From assembly GCA_963696385.1 (NCBI GenBank), contig CAVOKF010000003.1, positions 128,001 to 192,000 of the forward strand: 64,000 bases of DNA, given 5' to 3'. Origin of the DNA: an uncultured delta proteobacterium. GTDB taxonomy: Bacteria; Myxococcota_A; Polyangia; Polyangiales; Polyangiaceae. The notes under the pieces are model-generated. The model was given only the letters and a program-made list of their open reading frames with translations. It searched no databases and was not told where the DNA came from. The first letter of the stretch is position 1; each line of letters starts with the position of its first letter. This document shows, piece by piece, positions 40,858-49,903 of this stretch. A program made the position numbers and the translations under genes.

Positions 40858-41748
40858 ATGGACGTCGGGAACCGGAGCCGAATCATGTCCAGACGAAACA
40901 CGTTGGCCGTCATCGGCGGGAGCGGATTGTATCGAATCGAGGGCCTCGAAGAGGTCGAGGAGGTCGACGTCGACACGCCGTTCGGTCCCCCGAGCGATGT
41001 CGTTGTTCGGGGTCGGCTCGGCGACACCACGTTTCTGTTTTTGCCCCGGCATGGGCGGGGCCACAGCATCGCGCCACACGTCATCGACTATCGCGCCAAC
41101 GTGTGCGCCTTAAAGAAGCTCGGGGCCACTCATCTATTGAGCGTGAGCGCCGTCGGCTCGATGCGCGAGGACATTGCTCCCGGTGACTTCGTGGTCGTCG
41201 ACCAGTTCATCGACCTCACGAAAAGGCGCGTCGCGACATTCTTCGAAGACGGCGTCGTCGCGCACGTCGGGTTCGCCGATCCGGTCTGCGCGGACTTGGC
41301 CGGCGCGCTCGCGCGCGCCGCGGAAGGGGTGGGTGTCCGAGTCCATCGCGGCGGAACGTATATCTGCATCGATGGACCTCAGTTCTCGACGAGAGCCGAA
41401 AGCCGCCTCTACCGGTCGTGGGGAGTGTCGGTGATCGGAATGACGGCCATGCCGGAGGCCAAACTCGCGCGCGAAGCGGAACTCCCCTACGCGCTTTTGG
41501 CGCTCGCTACGGACTACGACTGTTGGCACGAGAGCGAGGCTGACGTGACCGTCGATTCGGTCCTTGCCGTGATGGATCGCAACGTGTCTTCCGCGCGGCG
41601 CGCCGTCGCCGAACTTTCGCTCCGGCTTCCGGACCCGGAAAAGAGCTCGGCGTCGGGGGCGCTGCGCCTGGGGTTGATGACCGATCGCCAGAGCATTTCC
41701 GCCGCCGCGCACGCACGGCTCGACTGGCTCGTAGCCAAGTACTTGTAA
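40858..41748 (+). CDS. mtnP: S-methyl-5'-thioadenosine phosphorylase
   Basis: IGGSGLY, PRHGRGH, GPQFSTRAES, GMT, TDYDCW; alternative start at 40885. Confidence 0.93.
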   Translation: MDVGNRSRIMSRRNTLAVIGGSGLYRIEGLEEVEEVDVDTPFGPPSDVVVRGRLGDTTFLFLPRHGRGHSIAPHVIDYRANVCALKKLGATHLLSVSAVGSMREDIAPGDFVVVDQFIDLTKRRVATFFEDGVVAHVGFADPVCADLAGALARAAEGVGVRVHRGGTYICIDGPQFSTRAESRLYRSWGVSVIGMTAMPEAKLAREAELPYALLALATDYDCWHESEADVTVDSVLAVMDRNVSSARRAVAELSLRLPDPEKSSASGALRLGLMTDRQSISAAAHARLDWLVAKYL

Positions 41749-41765
41749 ACCTCAGGGAGATTGTC

Positions 41766-42707
41766 GTGACCGGCAGCAACAACGATTCACTTCTCGTCGT
41801 AGGGTCCATCGCGTTCGACGACCTCGATATGCCATCCGGTGAGTTCCGCAGCGTTCTTGGCGGATCCGCGACGTACGCGTCGCTCGCCGCCTCGCTCTTG
41901 TCACCGGTTCGCGTCGTGGGGGTTGTGGGGGCGGACTTTCCGGAGTCGCTCCTCGAGCAAGTCCGCGCCCGGGGTGTGGACACGTCCGGTATCGAGCGGG
42001 CCGATGGGCGAACGTTTCGCTGGCACGGCCGCTACTCCAGCAATCTCGCGAGCCGCACGACGATCGACACGCAGCTCAATGTCTTCGCAAACTTTGCGCC
42101 CCGAGTTCTCTCGGTTCATCGCACATGTTCGTTCGTCCTTCTCGGAAACATCCGTCCCCAGTTGCAAACCGACGTCCTCGAGCAGATGCCGCGCTGCAAA
42201 TACGTAGCCGCCGATACCATGAACTTCTGGATCACAGGCGAGCCGCTCGCACTCGCCCTGCTTCTGCGCCGCGTCGATCTGTTGATTGTCAACGACGAGG
42301 AGGCGCGTGCTCTTTCCGGAATCGACAACTTGGTGCGCGCCGCGGCGGACATTCGCAAGCGTGGCCCCAGGGCGCTCGTCATCAAACGTGGTGAGTTCGG
42401 GGCTCTTCTTTTCGACGATACCGGAACGTTCTTTGCGCCGGGCTATCCGCTGGAAGAGGTCTTGGATCCGACCGGCGCCGGTGACGCATTCGCAGGAGGG
42501 TTGATGGGCTACCTCGTATCGCGCGGCGAGGTGTCGCCTGCGGCCGTGCGCCAGGCGATGTTCTTCGCGTCGGCGCTCGGAAGCTTTTGCGTCGAGTCGA
42601 TCGGGCCCGCTCGGTTGTTGGCGATCGGTCGATCGGATCTCGCAGCGCGCATCGGTGCGTTCGCACGACTCGTCGATCACGGAGGCAACTTGGGTCTGTC
42701 CGTGTAA
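41766..42707 (+). CDS. PfkB family (nucleoside/sugar) kinase
   Basis: GSIAFD, LGGSA, DTMNFWI, DPTGAGDAFAGG. Confidence 0.92.
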   Translation: MTGSNNDSLLVVGSIAFDDLDMPSGEFRSVLGGSATYASLAASLLSPVRVVGVVGADFPESLLEQVRARGVDTSGIERADGRTFRWHGRYSSNLASRTTIDTQLNVFANFAPRVLSVHRTCSFVLLGNIRPQLQTDVLEQMPRCKYVAADTMNFWITGEPLALALLLRRVDLLIVNDEEARALSGIDNLVRAAADIRKRGPRALVIKRGEFGALLFDDTGTFFAPGYPLEEVLDPTGAGDAFAGGLMGYLVSRGEVSPAAVRQAMFFASALGSFCVESIGPARLLAIGRSDLAARIGAFARLVDHGGNLGLSV

Positions 42708-43876
42708 TGGAATCCGACGGCGACGCGCGCGCCTACGAGGCGCTCTCGGAGCTCCCACGGCTCGCCGACCTCGCCGCGATCGCGCAGGAGGTGATGAGCC
42801 GCGCGGCCGAGGCCCGACGGTCCGAGGAGCAGCCGGAGCCGACCGAGAAGCTCGCCGCGCAACGGTGTCTCACGCGCGAGGAGGCGGCGACGCCATTCGG
42901 CAACGCGCTGGACGTTCTCGCCCGAGGGCCCACCAACAGCACCGAGCGCACTCTCGCACGCGCCCTTGCAGGACAGGCCCTCGGACTCTGGCCCACGGAA
43001 GCGTCCGACGAGGAGGACCGGCGAGCGAGCCAACTCCTCTGGCTGGCGACACACACTTGGTTCGATGCGACGGGATTCGTCGACCGGGCGCTCGGGGACC
43101 GCGCGGACAGGGTTTGGGACGCGTTCGCCGAGCGCGTGCGTCGCCATGACGACGGCACGCTTGCGTCGCTCGGTCGCCCCGAGACGCTGGTGGCTGCGAT
43201 CGCCCTGGCGTCTTCCCCGTCGGCCAACGCATCCCGCCTTTGCTCACGGCTCGCTACCGAAGCCCACGATCCGATGATCGCGACCATTTTGCGGCGAGCC
43301 GGTGATCGAGGCGGAGGCCATTCTCTGGTCGGCGAGTGGGCCCACTCACCTCGGGGCTGGTTCGCGACCGCATCGCTCGGCTTGACGGGCCTGTCGCTCG
43401 TCATGAACGTCGCCCGCGCCATCTTGCGCGTGGCATTCGCGTACCGCAAGCCGGCGGAGGTCACGCTTTCCGAGGATGGTGGCGTGCGCGTGCGGTGGCG
43501 AATCGAGCTTTTGGGTCGCACGCTGCGGGATCGAGACGTCGTTGTTCCGCGCTCCGCACTGGCCCGCGCAACACGAGATGTGCGCTACCCCCGGTTGGCC
43601 CTCTATGGAGCACTCTTCGCGCTTGCGCTGGGCAGCTACGTCGGCGTCACGGCCTTCATCGACGGCTTCCGCGCGGAGTCTCCGTCGGTCGTTGCCGCAG
43701 GGCTCGCGATCGTCGCGGCCGGTTTCGGGCTGGATTTGGCGTTGACGAGCATCGCATCGGGCGCACGTGGCCGATGCACGGTTGTCTTCGTTCCCCGCCG
43801 GGGCACCCCCCTGTGTGTTGGGTCCGTGGACATCGCGGCGGCCGACGCCGTATTGACACGGCTGTCTCAGGGCTAG
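42707..43876 (+). CDS. Hypothetical membrane protein
   Basis: TAATG coupling to the kinase gene; helical N-terminal domain, C-terminal TM helices. Confidence 0.7.
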   Translation: MESDGDARAYEALSELPRLADLAAIAQEVMSRAAEARRSEEQPEPTEKLAAQRCLTREEAATPFGNALDVLARGPTNSTERTLARALAGQALGLWPTEASDEEDRRASQLLWLATHTWFDATGFVDRALGDRADRVWDAFAERVRRHDDGTLASLGRPETLVAAIALASSPSANASRLCSRLATEAHDPMIATILRRAGDRGGGHSLVGEWAHSPRGWFATASLGLTGLSLVMNVARAILRVAFAYRKPAEVTLSEDGGVRVRWRIELLGRTLRDRDVVVPRSALARATRDVRYPRLALYGALFALALGSYVGVTAFIDGFRAESPSVVAAGLAIVAAGFGLDLALTSIASGARGRCTVVFVPRRGTPLCVGSVDIAAADAVLTRLSQG

Positions 43877-44050
43877 TGGTCCATTCCACACGTCGCGCGA
43901 ATCCATCCGTGCCGTGGTTCTTGCGGGACGGCCACGATCAAAACCTCAGGAGCGGCGTTGGGGTACGGGTCGGGGCCTCGGAAAAAACAAGGCTAGCGGT
44001 CCTTTTGCACTGCAGCTCGCTCGCGGATGCGTCCGCGGGACCTTGCCGTT
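43873..44050 (+). repeat. Structured intergenic element, copy C (degenerate, closest to copy B)
   Basis: Starts CTAGTGGTCC; shares TCGCGCGAA, GGTTCTTG, GGTACGGG, ACAAGGCT and CGCGGATG..TCCG with copy B. Confidence 0.75.
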
Positions 44051-45760
44051 TCAATGTCCGTCGGGCGAGTCGATGCGTTCGCCAATGACGGAGTCCAGAT
44101 GTCCAGCCGACGCTCGCATTTCGAAGCGAATGATGCGTGAGGCGTCCTGCGGGGCGCAAGCGCGCACCGCGGCCGCGTGGGCCGCTTCAGCGCGGTCGAT
44201 CTCGACGTCACGCGGCTCGAAGGCGCGAATCTCGATCCCCAATCCATCGCCCTGGGCGCCCACGGTCACGCGTAGACATCGGCCCGCAGGAACGGTCTCG
44301 GTCCAGGTGACGAGTCGCGACTCGTCAAGAGCGAGCTCGCGAGCGGCGCCGTCTTTGCCTGGAAGAAGCATGGCTTCGCCGACGGCGGCACGAGCCAACA
44401 TGCGCGATGATGCGAGAGGATGCGAGGTAAACGAGGGGTCCTTCCATGGTTCGGGCCGCACGAACACAGCGTAGGGCCCGGGCCGTCCCCGCGCCTCGAG
44501 CTCAAGGCGTGCAGGTCCGCGGGTGCATGCGAAGAGCGCAAGAGACGAGGACGCCTCGCCGGACGCCAAAAGCGCATCACCCGCCCCCCAGACGCGGGCC
44601 TCCAGCAACGACAGAGGCGCCCCCGCGACCACGTCGATGCGTCCGCACGAGCTGCCAAGCCATCCGAGCTCGAGAGGCAAGCTCGCCCGTCGCCCGAGCG
44701 CGAGCACGCCGGATGCGGTCGACGCGGGAGGTGGGTAGCCGCTCTTGGCCAGCAACGCGTTGGTGGCCCGCTTCGCAACCTCGAGCGAGCGCGTGGGCGA
44801 CATCCATACAATGGCCGGCCGCTCGGTGAGGTCCCGTGCCACGTCGCCGCCGGCCCGCGCCAGGACGATGGCCACCAATCCACGACCGGCGTGCGGGCGA
44901 ACCGACAGCGTCCCGGCCATGGGCACCGGGGAGCACAGGGTCATGGACCGCGGCCCCATCTCTTCTCGGGCACGCGCCACAACCCGCCCCTGGTCGTCGG
45001 TCGCTTCTACATCCAGCAAGGCGACGTCGTCATCGGGGACGATGATCGCGTCGACGCACTGATCGGCGTCGACCGGCATCGAAGCGTACGTCGGGGCGCT
45101 GACGTCGACTGGGAGGGCAACGCGCTTGAACTCTTCCCATTTGCCGCCCAACTCCAATCGATGACGTCGCACCGCTTCATCCAGGCCCGGCCACGCATCG
45201 GCAGCCCGCGTCCCCTGCCCGAGCGCTCCACGGATCGCGAGCCCGTGAGCTACGGCGGCTGCTTGCTCCCTAGCCACGAGCTGGGCACCCACCGCAACGA
45301 GACCCTCGCCTTCGACCACGTGGGCAGCCACGTAGACGCGGATCGGGTGGGGGGGACACACGAGCACCGTTGGATGCACGTCACGCGCTTCGTCGACGGC
45401 CACCGAGGTCCCTTCATCGGAGTAGACCGCGACGTCCACGTCCTCCACAGAGGACGACGCTCTCGCATAAGCGAGCATGCAGAGCTCCGGCGGCACCTGG
45501 ACGAACGCCCCGAGCCAATCGTTGTCGAGTGCTTCCCCGGAAGCGACCAGCGACGGCGGCCCCGCGCCAAAGCGTGAGGCGCGAGCCGGTACATCCCCGA
45601 GGAGCGCCCGAGCTCCGAGCTGCCCCGCCGCCACCTCGGGGGCCCCCAGCGGCAAGCGCGTCGTCGCCTCGTGCAGAGAAGGTCGGAACGGGGCGCAGCC
45701 GGCCAGCACGATGACACCGCCGAGCCACGCGGTCGGCGCGTTGAGCGACAGGGCCCTCAC
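44051..45760 (-). CDS. Hypothetical lipoprotein with repeated beta-sandwich (PPC-like) modules
   Basis: Lipobox LAGC; about 4 modules with paired Cys and D(V/L)D-type strands. Confidence 0.7.
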   Translation of the reverse strand: MRALSLNAPTAWLGGVIVLAGCAPFRPSLHEATTRLPLGAPEVAAGQLGARALLGDVPARASRFGAGPPSLVASGEALDNDWLGAFVQVPPELCMLAYARASSSVEDVDVAVYSDEGTSVAVDEARDVHPTVLVCPPHPIRVYVAAHVVEGEGLVAVGAQLVAREQAAAVAHGLAIRGALGQGTRAADAWPGLDEAVRRHRLELGGKWEEFKRVALPVDVSAPTYASMPVDADQCVDAIIVPDDDVALLDVEATDDQGRVVARAREEMGPRSMTLCSPVPMAGTLSVRPHAGRGLVAIVLARAGGDVARDLTERPAIVWMSPTRSLEVAKRATNALLAKSGYPPPASTASGVLALGRRASLPLELGWLGSSCGRIDVVAGAPLSLLEARVWGAGDALLASGEASSSLALFACTRGPARLELEARGRPGPYAVFVRPEPWKDPSFTSHPLASSRMLARAAVGEAMLLPGKDGAARELALDESRLVTWTETVPAGRCLRVTVGAQGDGLGIEIRAFEPRDVEIDRAEAAHAAAVRACAPQDASRIIRFEMRASAGHLDSVIGERIDSPDGH

Positions 45761-47043
45761 GGCGGCGGGTCCCAGACGGTTACCGGCACGTGATAAACGG
45801 CGAGGCCCCAGCCGAGCAGGGCAGTGCCGTGCGCTTGCACTTGGGCCGAAGCTCGCGTGTGCTCGCCCGCGCAGAACGCGACCATGGCCACATTGTCGTC
45901 CGGCTCTCGATCATCGAAGACCTCCCTCGCAGCGACGCGAACATGAAGGCTGAGGGCACGCGCCATCCCCTGAATCAGCGAGACAAGCGCCAAGTAACAG
46001 CCTCCCGGCTCGATGGAGAGAGGAGCCACAGTGGTGCCCGATCCGCCTAGCGCGAGAACGACCGGCTCCGCCGGCAAGGAGACGACGTGTCGTGCGAGCA
46101 GAGCCTGAGCCATACGCCCACGAGCCTCGCTGCCCCAGATCGACGGTAGGTATTCAGGCAACGGCCACGCGACGTGCGAAATCAACACCGGAGCTTCCGG
46201 CGGGGAGCCGACGAACGCGATCCCCACGCGGGTGGGCTCGCCGACGCATACCGAGAGTCGGGCGTCCGGAGCGTCGGTTCGGTCGCGCGCGAGCAGGCGA
46301 TCGTCGAATCGGTCTCGCATTTCGGCATCCAAATCGAGCCTGGTGCGACGTGCAGGACGTACATTGTTAGGATCGAGTGCGAACAGCTGAAACCCGTGGC
46401 ATCCCGGCGAAAGGTCCACCTCGCCCAACCCTGCGCCGTCCACACCCGAGTGCCAGATGGCCCGCTTTGCCACCGAGGCTCCGTCTCGCTTGGCCCGCGC
46501 TTCGGCCAAGTCAGCGCGCTTTTCGGGCGCCGGAAGCGCCGGCAATGCTCCCGCCTCTGCAAACGGTCCAAGGCCGCCTGTGCGCTCGGGAAGAATGCTC
46601 TGCAATGCGGGCAACGGCTTCGCGGAACGGGCCACGACGGTTTCGAGAGCGCCTCGACCGGAGTCGCTCGTCACGAAAATTCGGCGCGCCTGGGCCTCGC
46701 CGCATCGCTCGATCGACAGGGCACCTGCCTCGCTCTGCGAGTGCTGGTTTGCGGCGGCTTCGCCGTCGCCGAGGAGCCGGACGTGAAATCCGAGAACGCG
46801 CGCCCCGATGAGGGCGATGGTCGTGCACTCGCCCTCGGGTAGATTGGGCAGTCTGACGACGGTGGTCTCATCGTCTCGGAGAAAGCGTGTCTTGTCGACC
46901 TCGACCCACCCGCCGGCGCTGCGCCACGCGTTCGCGATGCGATCCACCGCATCCTGCAACTGCGCGTGTGCATCGGGTGCGCCGACGAGGATGGCGGTGG
47001 TGCAACCAGCCAGGACCGTGCGGCACGCCCGCGTGAGCACCAT
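45757..47043 (-). CDS. Hypothetical secreted protein with repeated PPC-like modules
   Basis: Signal peptide (AHA-Q); GEC/PGCH/GGCY modules; starts 1 nt after the JAB gene stop. Confidence 0.7.
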   Translation of the reverse strand: MVLTRACRTVLAGCTTAILVGAPDAHAQLQDAVDRIANAWRSAGGWVEVDKTRFLRDDETTVVRLPNLPEGECTTIALIGARVLGFHVRLLGDGEAAANQHSQSEAGALSIERCGEAQARRIFVTSDSGRGALETVVARSAKPLPALQSILPERTGGLGPFAEAGALPALPAPEKRADLAEARAKRDGASVAKRAIWHSGVDGAGLGEVDLSPGCHGFQLFALDPNNVRPARRTRLDLDAEMRDRFDDRLLARDRTDAPDARLSVCVGEPTRVGIAFVGSPPEAPVLISHVAWPLPEYLPSIWGSEARGRMAQALLARHVVSLPAEPVVLALGGSGTTVAPLSIEPGGCYLALVSLIQGMARALSLHVRVAAREVFDDREPDDNVAMVAFCAGEHTRASAQVQAHGTALLGWGLAVYHVPVTVWDPPP

Positions 47044-47044
47044 G

Positions 47045-47566
47045 TCAGCGACCTTCATCCACCTCGAGCCGACTCGGAACGAACTCGCTCGACCGCGCGT
47101 CCCACACGAAGAGCCTGCGATCGTCGACGTTGCCGTCGCGCACGCTGGTAACCAGGTAGGCGAGATCCCACGGCGGCTCGCCCTGTCCCATCTTCGCAAC
47201 CTCCGCGTCGGTGGCAGAGAAGTACGCCCCGACGTCCAGATGAGAATGATACAGCACCTTCACGGGGCGTCCGTCGGATTCACCGCGACCGATGGCCTCC
47301 TCAAACTTCCTCGAGTCGATGTCGAAGTAGGTCCGCCCCGTACGGGGGTATTGCTCCGGATCGAATCGATGCAGGCGGTTGGCGCGGTTAACCATCGGGA
47401 CCAAGCCGTCGATCCGCAGACCGTCCTGGGCGGGACCGACGAGAAAACCGCAGCTCTCCTCGTCCGCAGCGTACGATCGCCGGGCTTCCTCGTCGACCCG
47501 ATCGAGCACGGAGCGGGGTATGACGAGATCACCATCGATCCAAGGATGTTTTTTGGGGTCGCGCAT
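47045..47566 (-). CDS. JAB/MPN+ metallopeptidase (Mec-like)
   Basis: EESCGFL; YHSHLDVGAYFSATD (HxH-x7-S-x2-D). Confidence 0.93.
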   Translation of the reverse strand: MRDPKKHPWIDGDLVIPRSVLDRVDEEARRSYAADEESCGFLVGPAQDGLRIDGLVPMVNRANRLHRFDPEQYPRTGRTYFDIDSRKFEEAIGRGESDGRPVKVLYHSHLDVGAYFSATDAEVAKMGQGEPPWDLAYLVTSVRDGNVDDRRLFVWDARSSEFVPSRLEVDEGR

Positions 47567-47594
47567 TGCCCTAGATAGCTCTCGGAGGGATACC

Positions 47595-48539
47595 TTACCA
47601 AACGTATCTGCGCTCCCACCGGATGGGAGCGAAGTAGCGATCGCCACGATCGCAGACGATCGCTACGACGCACCCGGAGCGACCCGATTGCACGAGCTCT
47701 CGCGCGACCTGGAGGGCGGCGAATACGTTCGCCCCCGACGAATGCCCGACATGAAGGCCCTCCTCTCGCGCAAGTCGATCGGCGGTGTCCCACCCATCCT
47801 CGGTCGATACGTGGAAGGTCCGGTCCGGTACGCGAGCGTCGTAAATGGGCGGAACGAGGCTCGTCGCCAAGTGCTTCAAGCCCTCAAGACCGTGCAACGC
47901 CTCGGCGGGCTCGACGGCGATGCATTCGATCCGGCGGGGCCATTCTTTGAGGCGCCGCGCGCAACCCATCATCGTGCCCGTCGTGCCGAGACCCGCGACG
48001 AAGTGGGTCACTCGGTCACCCAACGCCTCCAGGATCTCGCGCCCGGTTCCGTCGTAGTGGGCGAGCCAATTCGACGGATTGGAATACTGATCGGGGTAAA
48101 AATAGGCGTTCGAATCTTTGGCGACGATCTCGCGCACGACGCGGATGGCTCCGTCCGATCCCTCCATCGGGTCGGTGTAGACGATATCGGTCCCGAAACT
48201 CCGCACGATGTCTTTGCGTGCTTTGGTTACATTCGCAGGCATAACCAGGCGAACTCGAATGCCAAAAATCGCCCCAAATATCGAGTAAGCGACACCCGTG
48301 TTGCCACTCGTCGAGTCGATCAAGATCTTGTCGCGCGTGAGCCTTCCATCCGCCAACGCGTCCTGCATCATCCGAAGAGCGGGCCGGTCCTTCACACTCC
48401 CGCCCGGATTTGCAAACTCCAACTTCGCCCAAATCTGCACCCCTGCGAGCTCGCGGGCGATGCCCCTCAGCCGGACCAGCGGAGTGTTGCCGACGGCGTC
48501 GACAATCGATTCGATACGTCGGCTTCTGCCGGCTCTCAC
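47595..48539 (-). CDS. cysM: PLP-dependent cysteine synthase (CysM-like)
   Basis: GNTPL, NPGGSVKDR, STSGNTG, GLGTTGT, GLEGLKH, DRGDRY. Confidence 0.85.
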   Translation of the reverse strand: MRAGRSRRIESIVDAVGNTPLVRLRGIARELAGVQIWAKLEFANPGGSVKDRPALRMMQDALADGRLTRDKILIDSTSGNTGVAYSIFGAIFGIRVRLVMPANVTKARKDIVRSFGTDIVYTDPMEGSDGAIRVVREIVAKDSNAYFYPDQYSNPSNWLAHYDGTGREILEALGDRVTHFVAGLGTTGTMMGCARRLKEWPRRIECIAVEPAEALHGLEGLKHLATSLVPPIYDARVPDRTFHVSTEDGWDTADRLAREEGLHVGHSSGANVFAALQVARELVQSGRSGCVVAIVCDRGDRYFAPIRWERRYVW

Positions 48540-48892
48540 GGTACACCCTCCAGCACGGCGCGCACCGTACGCAGAGCAAAGTGAGCCCCATCGGCCAGAG
48601 CCTGTGCGGCCGGGTCGCGAAATCCGAACGGACCCGGAGCACGTTCGACGGCAATGGCCGGGGCGAATTCGACGCGCACCGACGGATCCATCGCGCGCAG
48701 CGTCGCCGCGAGCGCGGGGTCGCGCACACGCACCCTTCGTGCACCGGCGCCCACTAGGTAGCCACCCGCGACCTCAGCGGCGAACCCGTCGAGCGGTACG
48801 TCGACGCTTGCGCGCGCGATCTTGGTCTGACCCATAGACCCAACCTCGGCGAGCCGGGACTGGCGCCCGTGCCGGTCCATCGTTGCGCTCAT
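48536..48892 (-). CDS. Truncated ThiF/MoeB-like pseudo-E1 (118 aa)
   Basis: RHGRQSRLAEVGSMGQTKI matches the MoeB N-terminus; Gly-rich ATP loop degenerate; 4-bp overlaps on both sides. Confidence 0.7.
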   Translation of the reverse strand: MSATMDRHGRQSRLAEVGSMGQTKIARASVDVPLDGFAAEVAGGYLVGAGARRVRVRDPALAATLRAMDPSVRVEFAPAIAVERAPGPFGFRDPAAQALADGAHFALRTVRAVLEGVP

Positions 48893-49161
48893 CCGCCTGC
48901 AATCGCGGGCACGATACTGATCTGATCGCCCGTATTGAGCTTCGTTTTCAGTCCGTCGAGAAACCGAACGTCCTCTTCGCCCACGTAAATGTTGATGAAG
49001 CGTCGAACTCCACGTTCGTCGAGCAACCGTTCACGTATCCCGGGATGCCGACGCTCCAGATCGTCGATCAGTTCGCCGACGGTACCGCCCGAAGCCGTTA
49101 CCTCGTCGGCTCCGCCGGTCAGCGTTCGCAGCGGCGTTGGAATGCGTACGATGGTCTCCAT
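48889..49161 (-). CDS. MoaD/ThiS/CysO ubiquitin-like sulfur carrier
   Basis: VRIPTPLR..FINIYV..EDVRFL..IVPAIAGG. Confidence 0.95.
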   Translation of the reverse strand: METIVRIPTPLRTLTGGADEVTASGGTVGELIDDLERRHPGIRERLLDERGVRRFINIYVGEEDVRFLDGLKTKLNTGDQISIVPAIAGG

Positions 49162-49180
49162 TGGCAATCTCTCCTCTCGG

Positions 49181-49903
49181 TCAGCCTGCACACGGGCGCG
49201 GATCATAAGCGGCCGGCTCGATCCGTCGAATGCGCGGAGCCGCGCCGCAGAGGGCGCAGTCGATGCGGGGCTCGATCGTGCGACGCCGCAACATGTCGGT
49301 ACGCCCGTCGAAGGTCACCAACTGCCCGGAGATCGCATCGCCGTCGAGCCATGAAAGAGTCCAGTCGACCTGCGCAGCGGCAACGACGCCCAGCACGGGC
49401 CCCATGACGCCCGCCTCGGCGCAGTTGGGCGCATCGTCGGTGGGCAGGTCCTCGAAAAGGCACCGATAGCAGGGTCTGCCGCGCGATCCGACGCCAAGAA
49501 CCGTGCCGATCCATCGGACCGCCGAAGCATGCACGATGCCCACGCCAGCGAACATGCACGCGTCCGCCGCAAGAAATTTCGTCGCGAAGTTGTCGCTGCC
49601 CTCGACGACCACGTCGTACTGTCGCACGATCTCCATGGCGTTGGCGGGCAGCATGCGGGTCGAGTGCGCCCGGATCTTCATGTCTGGAGCCCGCCGACGG
49701 AGCTCCCGAACGGCCGCGTCCACCTTGGGCGCGCCGACGTCACCGTCTCGGAAGAGGATTTGGCGGTGCAGATTGGTCGCCTCGACGACATCGTCGTCGC
49801 AGATGCCCAAAACTTCGATGCCAGTCTGCGCCAGCGCAAGGGCGGCCGGACAACCGAGGCCCCCGACTCCGAGGATGAGAACGCGCGCGCGCGCGCGACT
49901 CAC
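49181..49903 (-). CDS. moeB: MoeB/ThiF family E1-like adenylyltransferase
   Basis: GVGGLG, DDVVEATNLHRQ, GSDN, CYRC, CAEAGV, CALC. Confidence 0.92.
   Translation of the reverse strand: MSRARARVLILGVGGLGCPAALALAQTGIEVLGICDDDVVEATNLHRQILFRDGDVGAPKVDAAVRELRRRAPDMKIRAHSTRMLPANAMEIVRQYDVVVEGSDNFATKFLAADACMFAGVGIVHASAVRWIGTVLGVGSRGRPCYRCLFEDLPTDDAPNCAEAGVMGPVLGVVAAAQVDWTLSWLDGDAISGQLVTFDGRTDMLRRRTIEPRIDCALCGAAPRIRRIEPAAYDPRPCAG

Noticed and set aside
47045..49903. Antiphage ubiquitin-like system (Bil/CBASS Cap2-Cap3)
   Set aside because: No E2 or CD-NTase; flanking cysteine synthases point to sulfur metabolism
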